The notes under the pieces were generated by a model. It saw only the letters and a list, made by a program, of their open reading frames with translations. It did no database searches and had not been told where the DNA came from. From NCBI GenBank assembly GCA_038087875.1, contig JAXLNO010002732.1, positions 62,001-126,000 on the forward strand: a stretch of 64,000 nucleotides of DNA. The letters are read 5' to 3'. This stretch comes from Malacoraja senta (lineage: Eukaryota). Position numbers and translations under genes: made by a program. Shown here in pieces: positions 34,322 through 47,719 of the stretch. Each line of letters opens with the position of its first letter. Positions within the stretch are counted from its first letter, which is position 1.

Positions 34322-37300
34322 TCTTTTAAAATCTTTTTATTGCTTTTTTCCAAAAAACAAAAACAAAAATAAAACATAAAAAACAGAGCAAAAAGAATAA
34401 TGATAAACATAACAATGGTATTGATACATAGGGATCAGGATTAAACACATTAATAACAGGTATAACCTAATATGAGACCAGTGTCAAAATACACAATGAA
34501 TATAGACCTCTCGGTCTTTATGTAAATGTAGTTAAATCTTTAAAAGGAAACATAAATGTTTTAAAAAAGCAAAGATAAAAAGACAAAAAGAAAAAGAAAA
34601 AACAAAACCCCCCTAAACTAAAAAATAAATTAAAAAATTGATAATAATAAAATAAGAATACAAATAAAGTAAATAAATAAATAAAACAAAACAGAGCAAA
34701 ACCGAATCTGAACTGAGAAATTCAACAATTTAAGTCTGTTTGTCGTCAAGTCCGTTCCACCCTATGAAGGTAAAATATTTTTTATAAAGGTTAAAGAGGG
34801 AACAATTTATGTTGTATGAAAGTGTTCTATAAATATTCCCCAAGACTTATCAAATTTAACCAAGGGTTCAACAATGTCACTTCTGATTTTTTCTAAATTT
34901 AAAGATGATATCGTTTCAGAATACCACTGGAGTGTGGTCGGAGGGTTGGAATCTTTCCATTTAAATAAAATAAATCTTCTGGCAATTAATGTGGTAAAAG
35001 CAATCAACCGATGGGCGGAGTGGGACAAATGAATAGAATCTAACATTGGTAACCCAAAAATTGCAGTAATAGGATGAGGTTGTAAATCTATACCTAAGAC
35101 TACCGAAATAGAATCAAAAATGTATTTCCAATATTTTTCCAAAAGAGGGCAGGACCAAAACATATGGGTCAGTGAGGCCACTTCAGAGTTACATCTGTCA
35201 CAGGTAGGATTTATATGACCATAAAAACGAGCTAACTTATCTTTTGACATATGAGCTCTGTGGACCACCTTGAATTGTATCAAAGCGTGTCTTGCACACA
35301 TTGAAGAGGTATTGACTAATTGAAGAATCCTCTCCCATTTCTCTATAGATAAAGAAATTTGGAGTTCTCTTTCCCAGTCATTCTTAATTTTATCAAATGT
35401 ATCTATTTGCAATTTTAAAATCAACTCATGATTAGTCGTTATTAATCCTTTCTGATAAGGGTTCAACTTTTGTCTAATTTGTAAATATCTAAAAAAGTGT
35501 GAATTAGGTAAGTTATATTTATTGGAGAGTTGTTCGAAAGACATAAAACGACCCTCCAAAAACAAATTACGAAAAGCTACTAATCCATTCCTCTTCCATA
35601 ACAAAAAAACTTGATCAGTACTAGATGGTTGGAAGAGAAATTTGGATAAAATCAGATAGTCCAAAAAACGTATGAAATTGAAACCGTATTCGGAACGTAT
35701 GTCTTATTATTGGGTTCATCATATATTTATTCAATCTCGTAATTGTAAAAGGTAACGAGGCCCCTAGAATAGAAGCCAATTATAGACCTTGTAAGGAATC
35801 ACACTCTAGGTTTATCCATCCAGGGCATTGGGTATCTTCTAAATCTTTTGTCCAAAATGTTAAATAACGAACATTGACTGCCCAATAGTAGAGTCTAAGG
35901 TTCGGCAATGCCAAACCACCAACTTTTTTTTATTTCTGTAGGTATTTTTTACCTAGTCTGGGATTTTTATTCTGCCATATATATGAAGAAATTTTAGAGT
36001 CTATAATATCAAAGAAAGATTTGGCAATAAAAATTGGTATCGTCTGAAATAAATACAGAAATGTAGGTAAAATGAACATTTTAATAGCATTGATTCGGCC
36101 AATTAAGGATAAGGACATTGGTGACCATTTAGTGAACTGATGTTTAATATGGTCAATTAAAGGAATAAAATTAGCTTTAAATAAATCCTTGTGTTTCTTG
36201 GCGATCTTAATACCTAAATAAGTAAAACTTTCGGTAGTCAATCTAAATGGAAGCTGTCCATAACTCGAAACAAATTTATTTAATGGGAAAGCTCACTCTT
36301 ACTAAGGTTTAGTTTATAACCAGAAAAACTACTGAATTGATTAAGTAATGCTACTATTGCCGGAATAGATTTCTCAGGGTTAGAAATAAATAATAACAGA
36401 TCATCTGCATAAAGAGATAGCTTATGTGTCTTATTCCCACGGACAATACCAAAAATATTAGGGGATTCCCTAATAGCAGTGGCTAAAGTTTCCAAAGCAA
36501 TATCAAATAGTAAAGGACTTAAGGGACAGCCCTGTCTAGTACCTTGAAAGAGCCTGAAAAAAGGGGATCTCTGATTATTAGTAAATACATAAACCTGAGG
36601 TATAAGATATAGCAGTTTGATCCAAGAGATAAATTTTGGACCAATCTTAACTTTTTCAAGTATATTGAATAAGTATTCCATTCTACTCTATCAATAGCCT
36701 TCTCGGCATCAAGTGAGATGACACATTCTGGGGTTTTATTAGACGCTGTATGTACAATATTTATTAATCTCCTAACATTAAAGAATGAGTAACGATTTTT
36801 AATAAAACCTGTCTGATCTTCAGAGATAATTTACGGGAAAATCTTTTCCAATCTCATAGCTAATATTTTGGAAAGAATTTTAAAATCTACATTTCACATT
36901 GATATAGGTCTATATGATGTCACTTCAGTAGGGTCTTTATCTTTTTTTTAAATTAAAGAAATAGAAGCTTCATAAAAAGATTGTGGTAATCTATTCCTTA
37001 AACAGGCTTCTTTAAATACCTTGCATAGCCATGGAGACAATAAATTTGAGAAATACTTTAAAAATTCTACTGTAAACCCATCTAAACCGGGAGTTTTACC
37101 AGAATTCATTGAAAAAATTGCTTTCTGTATTTCTTCTGTGATGGGTTCATCGAAACAACAGAGACTCATTGTATGGTAAATTTGGTAAGTTCAGTTTCTT
37201 TAAAAACTCATGCATTATATTGGAATCAGTAGGAAAATCTGATTGGGATAGGGAGGTATAAAATTCCTGAAAGGATTTATTAATTTCGTCATGGTCTACA

Positions 37301-40110
37301 GTTACTGTACCATCCCGTTTACTCACTTTAGTAATCTGACGCTTGGCCGACACTGCCTCAATTGATTAGCAAGTAATTTACCAGATTTTTGCCATTTATA
37401 TAAAATTGACTTTTGGTTTTAAGTAACTGGTTCTCAATCGGTGATACTAATAACAAATCATATCTCAATTGAAGTTCAACTCTATTCTTATAGAGCTCTA
37501 AACTAGGAGCTTTTGAATATTTTTTATCAATTTCTTTAATCTCGTCAGCCAATGTGTGTATTTCTTTTTGTGTTTGTTTTTTTAATCCCGCGGAGTATGA
37601 AATAATTTGTCCATGAATATATGCCTTAAAAGCATCCCAAACTATATCATTGGATATCTCTTCATTAGAGTTTGTCAAGAAGTAAAAAGCAATCTGATCT
37701 TTCATAAATTTAATAAAGTTTAAGTCTTGAAGCAAAGTAGTATTAAATCGCCATTGTTTAGCACTAAACTTGGAATCAGGTAGTTTGATCAATAGTTTCA
37801 CTGGTGCATGATCAGAAATAGCAATTGTATCATACTCACATGCAATGACCGATGGAACTAGCCGAGAATCTCGTATAAAATAGTCGATCCTAGAATAACT
37901 ATGATATACATGAGAAAAATGAAAATTCTTTGTCATTTGCGTGTAAGAATCTCCAAATTTCTAACATTCCCGAGTCAAGAAATAAAGAATTAATAAAATT
38001 AGCTGATTTATTTGGAAGCACATGATCAGATGTAGATCTATCAATCGAGGGATTCAAACAGCAATTGAAGCCTCTACCCATTATTAAAAAGTGCTAATTT
38101 AAATTAGGAAAGGATGCAATTAACTGTTTAAAAAACTCAGGGTGATCAATATTTGGTGCATAGACATTCACCATAGCGACTTTTTGCCTATAAAGGACAC
38201 CGGTAATCACCAAGAATCTGCCATATGGATCAGAAATTGTTTCATGGTGAACAAACGGAATTGAGGGGTCGATAAAAATAGAGACTCCTTTCCCCTTAGC
38301 CTGTGAATTTGAATGAAACTGCTGTCCTCTCCAAAACTTGAAAAATCGTGACTTGTCATCTTGCCTTACATGAGTTTCCTGAACAAAGATAATCTGAGCA
38401 TTTAGTCTGTGAAGAACTTTTTTTTAAAAATCCTCTTAATGGGATGGTTCAAGCCATTCACATTCCATGAAAGGAAGTTTATCCATATTGCTTGTAAAAA
38501 TCATGTGGGATGTAATGGGTTAATTTCTTGAAGCCTAAAAGTTCATAATACTGGAAGAAGTAAAATCTAGGGCGGAGCCGGGTGATGACATTTCAGCCAA
38601 TTTTGTAGTTCAGAATTTGCACAAATGGAGATCACTAAATAGGGAACAAAAGACCCCTCCCCCTTGCCCCCTCCCACCCCTGTAGAACCCCAAACTGACC
38701 AAAAGACAGTCCGCAAACTACCTAATCCCCTCCATGATCCCATCTCTCCCAGTAACAGCGCTCAGCATAAAATGAATAATATTTAACCACTACGTCATAG
38801 CACATTCGTTATTATCTCTTTGAGAGAGAAGAAAAAAAAATACAGACTGGCATGGAATGCTGCTTATTATTATCCAAGGTCAAGATATGAAAAACAAGAA
38901 CTGCGTTCTCTTAGTTTGTCTAACGACAGGGGAACACGAATTAACAAAGAAATTCTTAAAAGAATATATATAAAAGAAAAACAACTCGTCCAGTTAAATT
39001 CTTAATCATTACCAAACGAAATGTTGTCAAAATAGGAACAGTAAATCTCCAATTATAACTTAATCAGCTATCAATTACTCCCCTTCCTCGTCGTAGCTCT
39101 TCAGACACAGCTGGAGGCATCTTGAGGACTGTTAAAAAATCGAAAGTTACCATTGAAAAGCCGAATACGCAATCTAGCTGGTGATAATAAAGCTGGGCGC
39201 AGTTTTTCTTATATAAATCAGACATTACATTATAAAAAGTCTTTCTTATTTCCAAAAGCTCGTAACTATAATCAGGGACAAACCGAAACTTACATCCTTC
39301 ATATTCAACCACACCAAACTTTTTTGCTGCCTGGAGAATATTCTCCTTCATTTGAAAAAAATGAAACCGAATGATCAAGTGTCTCGGTTTATTACCGGAT
39401 TTCTTCCCAATCCTGTGTGCCTTATCCAGGAACGGAAGGTTTTCATTGTGCTCAATGTTGAATGTTTCCTTTATCATTTTAGAAGCATATTTTATAACGT
39501 TATTTCCTTCTTGGCCTTCCGGCAAACCAACAATTCGTCAATTCAAACCACGGCTTCTGTTTTCTAAGTCCATATTTTTAGACTTGTATTGCTGAAGTGC
39601 TCGAGTGTTTTCATTCATTCTCCGTTCCAATTTTTCAATCTTCAAATCTCTCTCCTGTCCCAGGGTTCACAAGATATCAATTTGATCCTTTTGTTCACGA
39701 AGTTCATCTTGTAACAAAGACAGTTTTCCTTGGACTTCCTTCAATTTGGTCGAAACTCCTTTCACCATTTCTTCCAAACTGCCAAATCTTGTTTTCATTT
39801 CATTTTTCAGGTCATTTTTCAATTCATCGTTCATTTTCGATATTGCTTCTATGATGCTGGAATCAGAAGCTGCAGCTGTGGTTGTGGCTTTCCCCAGTTC
39901 CTTCTTTGGGGATCCTCCTTTCCTTCTTGTCTCCATCCTTTTCACGATTAAGGCGTGTAAAAGTGTTATCAACACTTTATGAACAGTTAGGCGGTGTCTT
40001 GAAGTCAAATAGTCACCAGTAACATTGAAAGAGTGGTCAGTGGAAGTTAAAAGTTAAGGGAGCAAACGAGTTTGCAACCTTACAGCATGCTGCCTTACAC
40101 AAGGAGAGTC
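34322..40110 (-). mobile_element. Near-full-length degenerate fish-type L1 LINE (ORF1, long spacer, ORF2, A-rich 3' UTR)
   Basis: ORF1 pieces 39667-40008 (coiled-coil) and 39064-39525 (PEGQEG...LDKAHR...PRHLIIRF); ORF2 start about 38486 with APE motifs (YSRIDYF...ISDHAPV); RT GTRQGCPLSPLLF...LYADDLLL; C-terminal CDRC...LTHMFWSC; AATAAA in an A-rich tail near 34340; many stops and frameshifts. Confidence 0.92.
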
Positions 40111-40624
40111 TAGTTATTGACATGTTATTGATGTTCATGATTATTCTGTTCTTTGTGCCTGGCCATTTTGACTTTGTCACATTTTACTTGGTTTATGATA
40201 TTGTACAAGATTTGCAATCACACCTCCCAATTGACTAAAATTATCCCAATTAACTAAATGCCTACTATGGCATTTAACTTATTGCATTATATTCAGTGCA
40301 GGGTAGAAGCTGCAGTTTTTAAAAAGGGCAAGTTTTTATTACATACTATGTGGTGTGTGCCTGGAAAGCACTGCCAGGGATGGTGGCATCTGGGGTGCAC
40401 CTTCGTGGGTGCATGGAGATGCAGGGGTTTGAGGGACATGAATCATTTGCAGGCAGATGCTGCCTAACTGGTGTCTGTCCGACTGATCTGGAGGGATCTG
40501 ATGGTCAGGCAGGGAATATTTCCAGTGACCCAATGGTGCTGAGTTCGCTGAATTTTACGGTGAATGGGAATGCCCCTGTAATAGAGGAACAGGTCCTTTG
40601 TCCAACAACGTTTGTGCTGAACAT

Positions 40625-41150
40625 GACGCAACCTGAGGCAGAGTGGCACTGCTGATAGAGCTGCTGCCTCAGTGCGTCATACACATCAGTTCAATCCTAA
40701 CCTCGGTTGTCGGCTGTGTGAAGTTTGCATGTATTCCCTATGACCGCATGGGTTTCCACTGTCCTCCAGTTTTCACACACATACTAAAGATGACAGGTTT
40801 TATGGGTTAATTGGTCTCTGTAATTTGACCCTAGTGTGGAAGCGAAAGTTAGATAACATAGAACTTGTGTGAACGGAACTATTTGAAGGAGTATTGAGTT
40901 TTTTGTTTAGTTTAGAGAGAGAGCATTGAAACAGACACTTCGGCCCCACTGAGTCCGCACCAACCAACGATCACCCACATAAGCTAGGGACACAAGTCAA
41001 TTAACCTACAAACCTGCACATCTGTCTTTGGAATGTGGGAGGAAACTGGAGCACCTGGAGAAAACCTATGCAGTCACAGGGAGAAGGTACAAATTGCGTA
41101 CAGACATCACCCGTGGTCAGGATCAAACCCAGGTGTCTGGCGCTGTGCCT
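40625..41150. mobile_element. Tail-to-tail inverted SINE pair (about 40625-40880 plus; 40905-41150 minus)
   Basis: V-core present in opposite orientations, about 130 bp upstream of the terminal-exon acceptor. Confidence 0.7.
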
Positions 41151-41280
41151 TTATATCTGGAAGGAAGATGTTATGTGGGATGAATCAACAGTTAAAGCGA
41201 ATAAACTAGTTGCATCTTTCTGAGTTCTGTTCTCTGCTATGCCATTTCTTTGTTGTCTAATATTTAATTTCCCTCCTCAG

Positions 41281-41321
41281 ATTATCAAAATATTCAACCA
41301 AAGCAGAACGTGCACTGCTAA
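41281..41321 (+). CDS. Probable terminal cytoplasmic-tail exon of the MHC class I gene: (D)YQNIQPKQNVHC*
   Basis: Strong acceptor tttaatttccctcctcag; phase 1 matches the TM-exon donor (G+AT = Asp); stop TAA at 41319-41321; AATAAA at 41373-41378; lies in unique sequence. Linkage across the 10.3-kb intron is inferred. Confidence 0.65.
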
Positions 41322-42305
41322 CCAATCGCTGAGTAGAAGATTTCATGGATGTGATTAAAATGCAGGAACTGAAATAAATGGAAAGAGTTAAATTAAGTTT
41401 ATCAAACATGACAGAAATTCTCAATAGACTGCCCTGCATTTGTACAAATTAGAGCTATCTAGCAATTTATGTTGATAACAACTGATATGACTGAGGCCTC
41501 AACCCTTTTAATGTGCTTATTCCACATAAGACACAATTCCCTGGTCTTTTAGAATATATCCACGCATTATCCACCAATTCACCACCACATCATGCCTATT
41601 TAATACATTCATAAGGTTAACTCTGTTTCTTGTCATCTCCAAGGGACACAGAACCAGTGATTTCAGCCATTCATGGTTAGGCAACACTTGCTTATTCCAG
41701 AAATCTCTTCTAGCTGATATCCAATATTAATATATCCTTTCTTAAATCTGAGAACCAAACTATACACAATGCTCCTGATATGTCCTTAACAACATCATGT
41801 ACCATAATTACAATAGTAACCTACTTTGAACGCCAATATGCTACTCACCTTCTGCGTTGTGTGCTGCATCTACCTGCTGGCTTTTTGTTTTGCACTTTAA
41901 GCACTTGAATCTCTTGTACTCCACTCTTTGCAATCTCACTCCATTTAGATAATAGCTTCCTTTGAATTGCTCTTACCAGAGTGTGTGAGCACATATTTTC
42001 CATTATTAAACTCCATTTGCCATGTTTATGTTCATCTAACAAAGAGTCATGGAGCCATATAGCATGGAAGTAGGTACTTCAGCCTAATGCTCCAAGCTGA
42101 ACAAGATGCTACATTTAGGTTAGTCACATTTGCCAGCGTTTGGCCCACATTCCTCTCAACATGTTCTATCCATGTACCTGTCCAAGTGTCTTTTCAATGT
42201 TGTTATTCTGCCTTCGCTGGCAGCTCATTCCATACACGCAGTAACCTCTTAGTAGAAAAGGTTGCCTCTCAGGTTCCTACTAAATCTTCCTCCTCACCTT
42301 AAACC

Positions 42306-42949
42306 CAGGGGTGCAGTGGTGCCAGAGCTCACCTGAGCACCGATCCGGCACCTCTGTTAAAGAAAAAATAAACAGCGTGGAATTTTAACTAGCGGATGTG
42401 TGGTCGGGGTAACCTGATTAAAAGAGGGGTAAGGGAAAGATCCATCACAACTGAGGTTCCCTGTAGGAGGAGGGGAACACTATGATACAGCAGAGACAGA
42501 CCATGTGATGTGTGCATCGTTTGTGGTTGTGGGCCTGGAGCTGAGCCTGGAACTTTGGTGGGTGGGTGAGTGGGTGGGTGTGTGTGTAGGTGAATGGGTG
42601 TGAGGGTGAGAGTGTGTGTGTGTGTGTGTGAAGGCCCAGAGCTGCAGGATAGTCAGGGTGAGTCGGTGTCTTGCCGGCACCTCTGTAAAAATACATGATA
42701 ACTGTCTTTTTCTTTACTTGCTTCATAATTATATTTCATGATAATCAGTGAGTGCAACCGTGCAATATTTTGTCATCATTAAATTAAGTATTATATGTTT
42801 TAATGTACTAGCTATACACTGGGATGTAGTAATAGGCTATAATCTTGTTTGACCCTCTAGGGAGACTAGCTTGCCCCCCCCCCCCCAGCATAATCTGAAA
42901 TGCCCCTGTTTGACAGCTCCGACACCTAAAAAATTAGCATTGAACACTG
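42306..42949. mobile_element. hAT-like non-autonomous DNA transposon inserted in a CR1 remnant
   Basis: 8-bp TSD CTTAAACC at 42298-42305 and 42950-42957; termini CAGGGGT / CAGTGTT (reverse complement); the CR1 sequence resumes after the TSD. Confidence 0.7.
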
Positions 42950-45900
42950 CTTAAACCTGTTTTTGCTGGTTCTTGATTACCCTACCCTGGGTAAAATAAA
43001 TCCTGATCAATCGCCCTGATGATTTTAGAAAGCTCTCTAAGCACCAATTAAATGGTTTCAATTATAGATAGAGTAAGACTTTGTGGTTATTTCCAACAAG
43101 AATTTTAGACTAAAGAAAGGCCAGTGGAAGTACTTGGTCAAACAGCATCTGTGGAGGCAAATGACATATACCAACATTTCAAATCAAGGCACTGCATTAG
43201 AATTGAAGGAGAGGATGGGAAGATTCTAACAGTTTGAAGGAGGAATGGGGCAGAGGCTGGTAAGTGGCAGGTGGAATCAGCTGGGGAGGGGATGATGGGC
43301 AGATGGAGCAAAGTTGGTGTATGGGTGGTTGTGGGAGAACAAATGAACACCAGTGGTATGGATAAGCTGAAATGTGAAAACTTTATATTCATACCATCGG
43401 CTTGTAAGTTACCCAGGTGGATTATCATATATTTTACTTAAAACTTTCTGTGCCCAAGGTTAACGACAGATGGGTCAGTGTGAGAGTGGGAAGGGGTATT
43501 AAAATACCATACAACAGATCTCAGGATGATCTTTACTTCAAAGGGATGTGCTGTACAAAATGGTTGACATCTAAGCTAGTTTCTCCACAGTGTGAGCAAT
43601 GATTGCAGTAGAGAAAGTTGAAAGAGATGCAAGTGAACCTCTGTCTCATTTGAACAGTTTATTCTCCTGTTGTTCACCTCTCCCTCCTCCTCTCCTACCT
43701 GTTTCCATCTACCCATTATCCTCTCCCCACCTGGTTCTATGTTTGATCTACCAGCCTCTGTCCTATCCCTCCCTGATTGCTACATATTGGCAATCCATCC
43801 TCTTCCCTCACAGGCCTGGTGCAGGTTCTTGACCCTATTTGTGACATCAACCATTTGTCCCAATAATTTTGCTTGAGCCATTGAATGCTTTCAGTCTTCT
43901 GTTTTTAGTTGCAGATTCCATTAGCTACAGTCATTATTGGATAGAATATATTTTGTTTTAACACTGCATTTAGTCTGAGACACAGCACCAATAAATGTTG
44001 TTACATAACGCTTGGTTATTTGATGTCAAAAGTCTTGATTGTTTGTACTTTGTACATTTCTAATCTAATGCAAAGAATTTATCATCCATATGAATATAAA
44101 ATTATCCACGGTGACTGGTGGTACAGAGATCAAGTTCATTTTATGTGGCTCATTTGGTACAAGTTCTGCTCTTGAGATTTCACCTAATAATAGTTGCCTG
44201 TAGAATGTGCTTGATGAATAGACCATTGAGTATAAGATTTTGGGAAATAAATTGGCATGAAATCCAAGTAAACACATTGGATTGCACCCTGTTTTATAGT
44301 AGCTTCATGTTGCGAAGTAAAGGCAAGATATATGGAATGTGCAAGATATAATATGAAAGATACAATATGCAAGGCGCAAAATTAAATTGTTGTTAAGAAA
44401 ATGTAAGGCCTCCATTTATTTGCAACAGCATCAATCACAGTTATCTTACGTCAAAGTTGATTTTGTATTTTTTAAAGAATGAATGGGAACAAAATGATCA
44501 AAAATGAATTGGCAGTCAAAGTAATACAAGGTTGTAGAGGAGACAAGTGTGTAGGAACAGGCCACTCTGCCTATCCTGCCAATACTGGTGCATATGGTCC
44601 ACATGAGCCTCTTCCCACCTTATGCGATCTGCAACATGGTTGGCAAGTCTATGCTGGATTCTCCAATGTAGAACCGACTGTTCTTTTCTCTTTTGTGTTT
44701 GCCCAGCCTTCCCCTAAATGCAATTCATTGATCTGGATCCTCATTCTCACCTGTATTGGGTGGGAGGGGAGGAGAGGGAGCATTCTCTGTCGAATTCCAT
44801 GCTGGATTTTATGGTGGAAATGTTTTCACCATAGTGATTCATTTAAAAGCTTTATGTATTTTAATATCACCCTTCAGCCACTTCTCAAAGGGGTGGAGGG
44901 CAGGGGGTGGATGACTTACCCAGGGACATTCGATGACCGTGTTTTGTTTATTTTATCCAAACATTTTTTAATATAGATTAATATAGTATTATTGGGTAAG
45001 CACATTGAAATAGAAATGGATGGCGTGTTCAGAAAATTATTTCTGATTTGTCCTCGCTTTGTGAACACCAAACCAATGTATTCATCTGCAAAAAGGCATT
45101 GGCACTAGGGTCTCGGTTCCTTTTAAGCATCCCAGTTATCATGTTCTTCGATGCAGAGGAAATGTGGCCACGATAAATACAAAAATGTTGAAATGCAGAA
45201 TATAAAAGTAATTGGAATTCAGGCATTTGAGCCTCAACTATTATTCCATGTGATCAATTGTGACCTAAAATGTATACCTTGATCCTTTTATTTCTCTGAT
45301 CCTTTGACCATACAAATAACATATAACTCCTTTTATAAATTTAATGATCTGTGTTCAACTGCTTCCAGTGGTATAACATTCCACACGTTCATCATTCTGT
45401 GGGAGAAGTAATCGCTCTTCATCTCAACTTGAAGCCTGATCATCAGATTGTGACCACTGGGTCCTGAACTGACCGGATTTCCCTCTTGAATATACGTATA
45501 CGTACATATATACACATATATATGTGTTTGTGTGTGTGTGTGTACCTGTGAGTATGTGTGTATATATATATATATGTGCACACTGATTTTGTTTTTCTCT
45601 TTCTCGTTTTTCATATTGTTTACCATGTACTATGTTTACATATTCCATTGTGCTGCAGTGAGTAAGAATTTCATTGTACTATCTGGGACATATGACAATA
45701 AAACACTCTTGACTCTCTTGAATCTGTACAGACCCATAAGAATGTTGTAGTTGATTTTGAATGGTCCTAATCACAATGTAAAACTAATCGCCCAAATCGC
45801 CCTTCATACATTAGTCCTCCCATTCCTGAAATCTGATGAACTTTCACAGCACTCCCTCCATAACAAGAACATTCTTCCTAAGATCAGGAGACTAAAACTG

Positions 45901-47719
45901 CAGATGCCATGGTCTTGGCAAGCACATTTCTCAAAATAACATGATGTATCTTTAGAAAGGGATAAGGAGGAATCTCTAGAGTCAGAGGGTGGTGAATCAC
46001 ATATTAAGTTCTTGGAGCTCTGGAAAATTATCAATCTTTGATGGGAAGAATGGATAGGGAGGCTGCTCACTTTGCTGGAGGGTTTTAGAGCGGACAACGA
46101 ATTATATGCAACGTGCGTTTGGAATTTCAAGTGTATGGCACGTAGATGTTGTGTAATTGGCTCCATTATGCCCTTAGTGCATTGGAAAAGGTAAACAGGG
46201 TTTTCACCTATGATGACATTTTCTGCTCACTGCACTTTATGGTAAGCAAGTAGGCTGGCTTTGGGAAACAATTAGATGATTGAGGGCTCACTTAGAATAA
46301 CTGGGAAATGATGGAGCAGCCTACAAGGATATTTAGTGTAGCTAAAGGAGAAGTTAAACCTTTCTTTTCTCTGAGACATGCAAGAATAGCTCGGTGCTTG
46401 ATTTAATGCAGAACCTTTGAAGGACAGTGGCTGGGCCCGCAAGATCTCTATACCAGCCTTCATAAATAGGAGTCTCTAATGGGCAGAAGACTGTGAGACT
46501 TGATGGTATTTGCCACGGCTTCTATCATTTAACACATTGAGCTGAAAGCCATGAGATTCGTTGCTTTTTTAATGCTTTGTCTTGTAATTTGATGTAATAA
46601 AGATAGTCATTTGTACCCCTGCAATTTTCTTTCTCCGTTCATTGATCCAAATCCTATTTATGTTTCATCACAAAGAGAGAATTGGATAAACTAATTGTGA
46701 GCAAAAACATGCAAAACTACAGTCTAAGGGCTGGGGTTGAACAAGTGATTTTCTCCAGTAGAGAGGTGGCATTGGCCTGATAGGATGAATGGTCTCCATC
46801 AGCACAGTAAACATTTAAATGATCCATTGATTTGTATTCATTATCGTATATCAAATAAACTTAGGGATACGGAAGGAGAAATATTTTGGCCTGTTTATAT
46901 GGTGCAAAATAACCCACCCCAGAACAATAAATAGTTGTGAATTTACACTTAATATTATCTGTCACTGAAGCAGAGTGCAGAGGTTCTCAAATTAATTTAA
47001 GAAATAGTATTAAGGCGACTGTATAGAAAATGGTGGGTATTGCTTGGCAGCAAGATGGGAGTAGTATTGTAGTGGTAGTGATGAGGTGTTTTGATGGCAG
47101 TGATCATAATTTAGCATGATTAAAGTAGCAATGTACACTAGGAACGCAGGTTTGCAGCTGAGGTGAAAACATTTCCAAGACTGCAACATAATTTAACAGA
47201 AATGTAATACAAAATGTAATAAAATAGGGCAAATGAATGGTAACAGTTAACAGATCTCTGCGGATACTAGAAACTGCAGATGTTGGATCGTTGAGCAAAA
47301 CTGTTGGAGGAACACAGTGGGTCAGGCAACATCTGTGGGATGGAATGAACCAACGACATTTCAGGCTGGAACTCTTGTTCAGACTGGTGACTTCAAAACG
47401 TTGTCAGTCGATTCCCACCACAGATGCTGCCTGACACACTGAATTCTTCATGCACGTTGTTTTTAACACACCAGCTGGAAAGAGTCCAGAGAAGATTTAC
47501 AAGGAGACTAGATAGTGGCATTTTAAGTCTTTAGAAAGGCATAGATATGCAGGGAAAGGATGGATATGGAACATGTGTTGGTGGAGGAGATTAGTTCAAC
47601 TTGGCATCTCGTTTGGAACAGAAGGTGTGGCCCCAAGGGCCTGTTCCAATGCTGAACTGTTCTGCAAGTCACTGAGTCTATGTTCAGGGAGGGTGAGGTT
47701 GAGAAGGCTCTGATTTCAA

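Noticed and set aside
40258-40655. Overlapping 60-100 aa ORFs after the L1 5' end
   Set aside because: No homology or splice signals, and the 3' end runs into a SINE head.
44479-45226. 165-aa plus-strand ORF and 65-aa minus-strand ORF
   Set aside because: No recognisable domain or splice structure; composition looks non-coding.
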